From: a virus
IMG/VR virus record: IMGVR_UViG_3300032087_004407
Span: 14,890 to 78,889 of that record
Direction: 5' to 3' (one strand)
DNA: 64,000 bases
In this document: positions 56,909-64,000 of the stretch, piece by piece
How the letters are laid out: each line of letters opens with the position of its first letter
How positions within the stretch are numbered: position 1 is the first letter of the stretch
Notes under the pieces: model-generated
What the model was told of the DNA's origin: nothing
The model's database searches: none
Seen by the model: only the letters and a program-made list of their open reading frames with translations
Made by a program: the position numbers and the translations under genes

Positions 56909-57909
56909 TGAAGTCGTTAAAAGTATCTGTATTAAAGCGAATACTACGTGACGTAGCGCAAGGCTACAGCATTTCTCATTTTAGAGATAAAAGAATTTAT
57001 ATTCGTCATTTAGGCTTGATTGATCAAGTAGATATTGACGATTATAGAGAAGAACACTACAACAAAGCTAAAAAACGCGGAATACCAACTGAAGCAGAAA
57101 GCTTAGAAATATTGTTTCAAGAAGGTGAGTGGTCAAAAAAAGAAGAAAAAGAAATTGAAGACAAACAAAAATATATAGATTCTTTGATAGAAAACAAATC
57201 TGGTTTATATCTTCAAAGTCAATTAGACAATCAAGACAAACTTATTGAAGAAGCTCGTAAAGAGCTTATGGATAAATTGGTAGTCAGATCTGCATTACTT
57301 GGAAACACTTGTGAAAAATACGCAGACAAACGATGTATTGATTTATACATTATCAGAAGCTTTCATCATGATAGAGAATTTACAAAAAGAGTATTTACTC
57401 AAGATGAATTTGATGAATTAGTACAAAGTGAATTAGATATTGTAACTGGTATATACGATGAAATATTTATAACATTTAGCGACGAAAACTTTCAAAAATT
57501 AGCAATCGAAGATTTTTATTCTACATATTTACAAGCATGTGAAAAACCAATAGACTTTTTTGGTAAAGCAACATTACAGCTAACAAATTATCAATTAAAA
57601 TTATATTCATATACAACTTTGTTTAAAAACATATTTAGTTCTGGAGAAGAAATACCTTTTCAAATACGCAAAGATCCGCAAAAGATACTTGATTGGGCAC
57701 GAAATCCAAAAGGCCGTGAAAAAGCTAAAGAAGTTATGGAAAAGGCTGGAGACGGCGGAGCAGGCTTATTTGGCGCTACAAAAGAAGATCTTGAGGCATT
57801 GGGTGTTGAAACCAAGGGGGCTGGCACAGTTTCGCTTGAAGATGCCGCTAAGAAAAAAGGCGGCACCCTTAATATGCAAGATTTAATGAAATTAAGTGGA
57901 ATGGGCTAA
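56908..57909 (+). CDS. Second pre-tape-measure chaperone-like protein
   Basis: TAATG-coupled to the previous ORF; immediately before the tape measure gene. Confidence 0.45.
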   Translation: MKSLKVSVLKRILRDVAQGYSISHFRDKRIYIRHLGLIDQVDIDDYREEHYNKAKKRGIPTEAESLEILFQEGEWSKKEEKEIEDKQKYIDSLIENKSGLYLQSQLDNQDKLIEEARKELMDKLVVRSALLGNTCEKYADKRCIDLYIIRSFHHDREFTKRVFTQDEFDELVQSELDIVTGIYDEIFITFSDENFQKLAIEDFYSTYLQACEKPIDFFGKATLQLTNYQLKLYSYTTLFKNIFSSGEEIPFQIRKDPQKILDWARNPKGREKAKEVMEKAGDGGAGLFGATKEDLEALGVETKGAGTVSLEDAAKKKGGTLNMQDLMKLSGMG

Positions 57910-57946
57910 TTTTTATGTGTAATTGCATATAAGGATAATTGGACCC

Positions 57947-60900
57947 ATGGCCAGAGCAATAGAAGTACCAGTAGTAGCAAAGAAAGGAACGCTTGCAAGA
58001 TCGATAGAAGGCGAGGCAGCAACGGCGTTTAGAAACTTGGGCAGATCGTCAGGAGCAGTAGCTCCGTTGGGCAGAATGCTTGGAAAAATACGAGCAGACG
58101 CAGATGAATTCACAAAATCTATTGAAGCTTCTAACGCACGTGTTATTGCATTTGGTGCTAGTGTTGGAGTTATTAATGGTATTTCTAACGCCTTCAAAGA
58201 ATTAGTCAGAGTCACTGTTAGCGTAGAAAAATCTTTAACTGATATTAATGTCGTTTTAAATGCTAACCAAAGTCAGTTAACAAAATTTGGTGATGGATTA
58301 TTTAAAGTTGCAAAAAATACTGCACAAAGTTTTGATGTTGTTGCGGAAGCTGCTACTGAATTTGCTCGTCAAGGTTTAAGTATTGAAGAAACATTAAAGC
58401 GCACAAATGATGCACTTATTCTTACTCGTCTCACTGGCTTAAAAGCTGCGGAGTCTGTAAAAGGTTTAACTGCTGCTACAAACGGTTTTGCAAAAGCTGG
58501 TCTTAGCACTACTCAAATTATCAATAAACTTGCAGCAGTTGACGTTAAATTTGCTGTTAGTGCAGATGATTTGATAGCAGCGTTGAGCCGAACTGGTGCT
58601 GTGGCTCAAGAAGCTGGACTCAGCATGGATGAATTAATTGGTATGGTAACTGCCGCACAGCAAGTTACTGCACGTGGTGGCCCCGTTATTGGTAACGCTT
58701 TTAAAACAATTTTTACAAGAGTACAAAGGCCCGAAACTTTAAAAACTTTAAGAGAATTAAAAATTGCTGTAGAAGACACATCTGGAGCTGCTTTACCAGC
58801 CAGTAAAGTTTTACAAAATTTAGCAACCTCTTATGATGGACTGTCACGATCTGCAAAAGATGCAGTAAACCAGCAGGTCGCTGGAGTATTCCAAATCAAT
58901 ATTTTAAAAGCTGCTATTGGAGATTTACAAAAACAAAATAGTATTGCCGCAAGAGCAACTGCAGTTTCTGCAAGCGCAACCGATCAAGCGGCAAAGAAAA
59001 ATGAAATGCTCAACCAAACTATTGCGGCGCTGTCAACCCAAACAGGTTTAGCGTTAACAGAGCTCGCAAAGAAAATTGGAGACATATCAATAGCTCCTGG
59101 AATGAGAGATTTAATCGGCAGCTTTAAAGCTTTGGTCGAAGGAACAACTGGAGTATTAGATGGCGAAGGAACTGGTAGTGATTTTGCCAGAGGTTTGCTG
59201 AAAGGCATTGGCAATGTCTTGACTGGACCAGGATTAATTGTTATAGGCGGAGTATTTATAAAACTGTTTAAAGATCTAACAGTGTTTGGCATGAGCAGTT
59301 TAAAGAACTTGCTTGGCTTAAATAACGCTGCAAAACAACAAGCTGCGCTGCAACAAGGTATTGGCACTTTATTACAAACAAATGCTGCTTATCAAACACA
59401 AATGGCCGCAGCCACAGGCAATGTAAATAAACAAGCGGCAATAACACAAAGATTTTTACAGCAAGAAATAACTTTAAGACAGCAAGCTGCAGCTTTAACA
59501 GGCGGAATGGCAGGTGCAGCTTTTATGGGTGGATTCAGAGTTGACAAAGCTGGCGACGTTGTCAAAAAGAAAAGAGGTTTAAGAGGTATGGTTCCTGGTC
59601 TTGCGCCAACAGAGGTGCCAAACTTCGGCTTTAGAGCATTTAATCCAAGAGTAACAAAAGCGGGCGGTACAGCAGTAGGCAGTAGTCCATTTCAATTTAC
59701 TTCATCTTCTATGCTTGGCACTTCAGAAAATTATCGAGGCACCTTTAATTTAAATGCTTCAAAGGCCGCTTTGGCAAAAGAGCTTCCTGCTGGTCTTGCT
59801 GACATTGTAAAAAACTCAACTATGTCAGGCTTTCAAATGCAAACAAAAATGGCTGGATTTAGCCCAAGGCAGCAAGAAGAAATGATTGGGCGAATGAGAA
59901 ATGCAGTATCTACTGTGCCTGGGTTGTCAGATCGCGCAAGAGAAGCACTGATTACTGCGCACACTGGGTCAAAAAGTTTGATTGAGGTCAACAAGGGAAT
60001 CAACCGCGCGCTAAAAAGAGAGGACATATCTAAAAAAGAGCGTGGTGCTTATGATCAGCATATGGGAGAAGTCACGGAAAAATACTTTAATAAAACTTTT
60101 GGAACAGTCGGAACTGGCGGTAGGCAGGGAGCAGACTATGCGATAGATGCAATTCGATATCGCAGAGGACGTACAGATCCAATGGAATTAAAGAAATTAG
60201 CAGGATTCACAACTGGCGATGCGACAACTATTGCTAGCGCTATAAAAAAACAATTAGTCTCTGGCCATAATCCAGCTTTACGAAATCGCCTTCGAGAAGA
60301 GGCTCAAAGGCAGGGAAAATTAGAAAAATTCGAACAAGCTATGCTTGAAAGATTTGCCCAGGAATATCGCGCTTATGTAATAAATAATCCAGGTGGGCTC
60401 AGAGGTCGCGGGGCCTTCGGCAAGGAGTCCTATTTTACTGGGCTTAGCAGAGATCAAGTAAAAAAAGGTAATTTAGCAAATCTTAGCCCAGAACAAAAGC
60501 AGCACATACAAGACGAGGTACTAAGGTATAACCGTCAAGTTTTAAACTTTGCTCCAATAGGAGATGCAATCAAAAGAGAAAAACTTCAAGTAGGCGGCTT
60601 ACTCGGAATCAATCCATCCCAAGTAAAAACAAAAGTAATTCAAAACACTGCACTAAGAAGTTCATTTAATCCTGGCGGCTTTGGAGTTATTTCTCCCACG
60701 ATTGGACAAAACAACTTTGCAGATGCGCGAAGAATGCACAAAGGAGAAGATTTAAGAACTGCAAACTTGCCAAACTTTGCGTTGCCTGTTCCTGGAATTG
60801 ATCCTAAACGCCCACCTTTGTCAATGACCCCTACGGGATACAGTGATACAATTAAAGCTATTATCACTGGAGTAGAAGATGAACCTGCGAAAAAACTTGG

Positions 60901-63900
60901 CACATCAACTGCAAAAGCATTAACAAGGCCAACAAGCCCAATGGCAACTGGTTTAAGTAGAGATGACATTTTAGCAACAACACGAATGCGTGCTGCAGAA
61001 AAAGACTTACTAGGTAGAGCTGCAATTGGACCAGGCGGACTAGGTAACACAGCTATGAATGCGTTTATGGCTTACTCAGCGGGAACCATGCTAGATCCAA
61101 CTTTTTCTGAATTTACTGGCAGCGCACCAGGAGCTTTAACTGGCGGTATAACAGGAGGATTTTTGGGCGGCAAAGCTGGCGGAGCTGCTGGCAGAGCGAT
61201 CGCAAAAAGAACGGGAGCCATGTCCAAACTTACTAGATTTTCTAGATTTGGCGGTATACCTGGCATGGTGTTAGGTGGTCTCGGAGGTGCAATGCTGGGT
61301 AGCTCTGGTGGCTTTATGAATATTTCTAAAATGGGCGCAAATGAGAGTGTCGTTGATACGCTTGGAGCGCTTGTGAAAGGACCATTTTCTCCAGAAGAAG
61401 GAATACCAGAAGCCCTAAAACAAAAAGGCGAAATATTTAGAAGCCAAATCAACGAGCAAAGAAGGGCAAGTCTAGAACGCATGACCACCGCTAAAGAGAG
61501 AGCGTTTGCCACAGCAAGAGAAAGAAATCTAGTGTCACTTCGTGATGCTGGAGTATTAGCTAGACAAAGGGGAAGCGGCGCTTTTTCTAGTTTAGAATTA
61601 GAAAAAAAAGCTACTGAAATAAGACGTAGAGACGTTAGGGTAGAACAAGCGAGAAAACGACAAGAGTTTATAAGCGACGCGGGATCTGGATTAGTTCAAA
61701 ACATGGGGAACATTTCATTTGCAGGTGGAGGAGCAGGAGAGTTAATGACAAGAAATTTGATAAGATCTAATATTGAGGCTGGTCAATTTGATGTGCTTGA
61801 CAAATTTTTTAAAAGCGCGGCAGAAGGCAAAGCTGATCTTAAGGATTTGCAGGCTGGCGCATTGGGAATAGAGCGTAAAGATTTAAGATTTATATCTGAT
61901 AATCAAAGAGCTGACCTTAGGTCCATATCACATGCTGGTTTTTTTGAGAGAGGATTAGTAGATGAACAAGGTAAACTTACTAAAGATGCACTAGCCGAAA
62001 CTGACGTGGCTAAAACTAATATAAATAAAATTCTTGAACAAGATGATAAATTTAAAGCTTTAGGCATTAACGTACAACAAACTGCAGAAAATTTTAGAGA
62101 ACTAGAAAATAGTATGAAGTTTTCCGAAGACGTTGAACAGCTAAATGACGAACTTAGAGAAACTGCGGCAGCAATGGAAAATGTAAATCGTTTTACTTCT
62201 GGATTTAGTTCTTCTTTTGCTACAGCTTTTTCAAATATTACCACTGGCGCATCTTCTGCTAAAAATGCAATGATGGACTTTGGCATTTCTGTTTTTGGTG
62301 CAATCAACAAAATACAGTCAGAACGTATTGCTCAAAGTTTAACTGGAGCACTATTTCCAGAAGGCGGAAAGAGCCAAGGTTTTCTTAAAGGATTATTCGG
62401 CGGAAACCAAAAAGGTGGTTTAATAAAAGCTCAAAACGGAATGTACATTTCTGGTGGTCGTACGGGTGACAAAAATCCAGCATTACTAGAAGACGGCGAA
62501 TACGTATTAAACAGAAACGCTGTAAAAGCTTTGGGTGGGCCAAGCGCAATTGATGGCTTAAATTTTGGCATAGCTCCAAGGTTTCAGAGTGGCGGTAGAC
62601 TTGCTTCTCCAATTGCATCGGCAGGAGTAAAATCAAGTGCTTTAAATAAAATAATTGAAGAAAATGAATTTTTACCTCCTGTTGCAGGTATGGGCAGCGC
62701 ACTAGGTGGCGGTGGCGCATCTGTTCGTTTAGGAATAACAGATCCAAGATTAAGTGGCTTTGCTCATGCTAACGACCCAATATTGCAAAACGTAAGGGCT
62801 GATATACAAAATTATCACGAAAAACAAAGACAAAAGAAATTTGCATCTCAAGCTAAAAAAGACCAATTAGTACAAACAATTGTTGGAGCCGTTGTAAGCA
62901 GTGCGGTAGCGTTTGGAGTGGATAAGGCGAAAGGAGCTTTTAGTAAACCAACTGCTACCCAAGACCAAATGGACTTTACTTCTGGAATATTTGGTTTTGA
63001 AGATCCAGTAATGGGGCCTGCGCGCGGACCAAACACAGGACTCGCTCCTGGGTACAATATGATACCTGGAGCTTCAACGGCTCCACCTGTACGTATGCTT
63101 CAGCCTGGGCAGCAAGCGGGAATGATGAAACCAATGCCCGCACACGCACGTAGTCACATGAACGCCTTGGCCGAATCAAGAAGAAGATTATTGGCTGGCG
63201 AAAAATTCCGAGGCGCAGTTTCACCAATGGGCCCGCATGGCGGTACTCCTGGGGCAATCATGGACACTATGAGAAAGCGAGGTATAAAAGGTGGAGACAG
63301 AAAGTCTATGGGGTCATTTTTCCAAGGCCTGGTCGACTCAATCGCCAATAAGTTTGGAATTATTGGTAGTCCTAATGTTCCTGCAAGTGCTGGCCGTTCG
63401 GGTTTTACTCCGTCACAGGGAATGATTGATGCAGCGGGAGGTTATGGACATGGAAATCAAGCACCTGGTGCAAGAATGGGTAATACTAATCAAGGAATTA
63501 TCAATATGCTTAACAGAGGAAGAGGTCTACATGACAAATTCAAAGGCGATGCTACATTAATTGACGCCATTGAGAATCGTAAACCTAGGAAAATTCAAAA
63601 AGATAAAAATGGCAACGTTATTATTGAATACCAAAGTGGCGGCTACATCGACAACATTCCTGCAATGCTGACTGGCGGAGAATTTGTAGTAAATCCATCA
63701 ACTGTACGCAGGCACGGCAGCGCATTCTTTAGCAAATTAAATCGCGGCGGAAGAATCGGCTATCAAACTGGCGGGCTAGTTGGCGACCAACAATTTGTTC
63801 CAGCACAAGGCGACACACAAAACAATAACAAAACAGAAACATCAAACAACAATGCCACAAGCAACACAACTGTTAACATCACAGTCAACACAGGAACAGG

Positions 63901-64000
63901 CGAAGCAAACGTTGACGGAGGAAACGCTGGTACAGAAGATAGAGAAATGGCAACAAGATTACGCGATGCAGTTTTGTCAGTTCTCAAACAAGAAAAACGA
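57947..64000 (+). CDS. Tape measure protein (at least 2018 aa, runs off the window)
   Basis: Open frame from MARAIEVP; Ala/Gly-rich TP901-like core (EFARQG, IGNAFKTIFTR); C-terminal PAMLTGGEFVVN motif. Confidence 0.9.
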   Translation, partial: MARAIEVPVVAKKGTLARSIEGEAATAFRNLGRSSGAVAPLGRMLGKIRADADEFTKSIEASNARVIAFGASVGVINGISNAFKELVRVTVSVEKSLTDINVVLNANQSQLTKFGDGLFKVAKNTAQSFDVVAEAATEFARQGLSIEETLKRTNDALILTRLTGLKAAESVKGLTAATNGFAKAGLSTTQIINKLAAVDVKFAVSADDLIAALSRTGAVAQEAGLSMDELIGMVTAAQQVTARGGPVIGNAFKTIFTRVQRPETLKTLRELKIAVEDTSGAALPASKVLQNLATSYDGLSRSAKDAVNQQVAGVFQINILKAAIGDLQKQNSIAARATAVSASATDQAAKKNEMLNQTIAALSTQTGLALTELAKKIGDISIAPGMRDLIGSFKALVEGTTGVLDGEGTGSDFARGLLKGIGNVLTGPGLIVIGGVFIKLFKDLTVFGMSSLKNLLGLNNAAKQQAALQQGIGTLLQTNAAYQTQMAAATGNVNKQAAITQRFLQQEITLRQQAAALTGGMAGAAFMGGFRVDKAGDVVKKKRGLRGMVPGLAPTEVPNFGFRAFNPRVTKAGGTAVGSSPFQFTSSSMLGTSENYRGTFNLNASKAALAKELPAGLADIVKNSTMSGFQMQTKMAGFSPRQQEEMIGRMRNAVSTVPGLSDRAREALITAHTGSKSLIEVNKGINRALKREDISKKERGAYDQHMGEVTEKYFNKTFGTVGTGGRQGADYAIDAIRYRRGRTDPMELKKLAGFTTGDATTIASAIKKQLVSGHNPALRNRLREEAQRQGKLEKFEQAMLERFAQEYRAYVINNPGGLRGRGAFGKESYFTGLSRDQVKKGNLANLSPEQKQHIQDEVLRYNRQVLNFAPIGDAIKREKLQVGGLLGINPSQVKTKVIQNTALRSSFNPGGFGVISPTIGQNNFADARRMHKGEDLRTANLPNFALPVPGIDPKRPPLSMTPTGYSDTIKAIITGVEDEPAKKLGTSTAKALTRPTSPMATGLSRDDILATTRMRAAEKDLLGRAAIGPGGLGNTAMNAFMAYSAGTMLDPTFSEFTGSAPGALTGGITGGFLGGKAGGAAGRAIAKRTGAMSKLTRFSRFGGIPGMVLGGLGGAMLGSSGGFMNISKMGANESVVDTLGALVKGPFSPEEGIPEALKQKGEIFRSQINEQRRASLERMTTAKERAFATARERNLVSLRDAGVLARQRGSGAFSSLELEKKATEIRRRDVRVEQARKRQEFISDAGSGLVQNMGNISFAGGGAGELMTRNLIRSNIEAGQFDVLDKFFKSAAEGKADLKDLQAGALGIERKDLRFISDNQRADLRSISHAGFFERGLVDEQGKLTKDALAETDVAKTNINKILEQDDKFKALGINVQQTAENFRELENSMKFSEDVEQLNDELRETAAAMENVNRFTSGFSSSFATAFSNITTGASSAKNAMMDFGISVFGAINKIQSERIAQSLTGALFPEGGKSQGFLKGLFGGNQKGGLIKAQNGMYISGGRTGDKNPALLEDGEYVLNRNAVKALGGPSAIDGLNFGIAPRFQSGGRLASPIASAGVKSSALNKIIEENEFLPPVAGMGSALGGGGASVRLGITDPRLSGFAHANDPILQNVRADIQNYHEKQRQKKFASQAKKDQLVQTIVGAVVSSAVAFGVDKAKGAFSKPTATQDQMDFTSGIFGFEDPVMGPARGPNTGLAPGYNMIPGASTAPPVRMLQPGQQAGMMKPMPAHARSHMNALAESRRRLLAGEKFRGAVSPMGPHGGTPGAIMDTMRKRGIKGGDRKSMGSFFQGLVDSIANKFGIIGSPNVPASAGRSGFTPSQGMIDAAGGYGHGNQAPGARMGNTNQGIINMLNRGRGLHDKFKGDATLIDAIENRKPRKIQKDKNGNVIIEYQSGGYIDNIPAMLTGGEFVVNPSTVRRHGSAFFSKLNRGGRIGYQTGGLVGDQQFVPAQGDTQNNNKTETSNNNATSNTTVNITVNTGTGEANVDGGNAGTEDREMATRLRDAVLSVLKQEKR

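Noticed and set aside
56144-57909. Programmed frameshift between the tail chaperones
   Set aside because: The ORFs are joined by a TAATG stop-start overlap and the second has its own ATG; no convincing slippery site at the junction
57913-63987. Minus-strand ORFs listed over the last 6 kb
   Set aside because: They are shadows of the uninterrupted plus-strand tape measure frame

Overview
This window is 64 kb of an AT-rich, large tailed dsDNA phage (Caudoviricetes). It is siphovirus-like: tail-tube paralogues and a tape measure of over 2000 aa are present, and no sheath gene was seen. A DUF1552 gene and a Verrucomicrobia/Acidobacteria-type class III cyclase suggest a PVC-superphylum host (inference). 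Four zones are visible. (1) 1-14.4 kb: DNA metabolism and early genes (ligase, RuvB-like ATPase, rIIA/rIIB, HhH glycosylase, SprT), driven by near-consensus sigma70 promoters that make leaderless mRNAs. (2) 14.4-16.1 kb: an AT-rich, repeat-bearing candidate origin. (3) 16.1-25.2 kb: a GC-richer array of tiny genes, most with their own promoter, plus two tRNAs and a structured ncRNA. Eight intergenic GGGGCCCC-core elements divide it into modules, and each core is joined to a host-factor-like site (inward-facing -35 boxes, sigma54 -24/-12 boxes, or 7-1-7 Fur-like boxes). This is the most unusual system in the window. (4) 25.3-64 kb: an auxiliary-gene island (sigma54-preceded Amt, tubulin/FtsZ-like GTPase, DUF1552, ankyrin-cyclase, PhoH), then sigma factor, terminase, head and tail genes, many preceded by a GTGTAA motif. 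All protein calls come from motif recognition by eye; no database searches were run.
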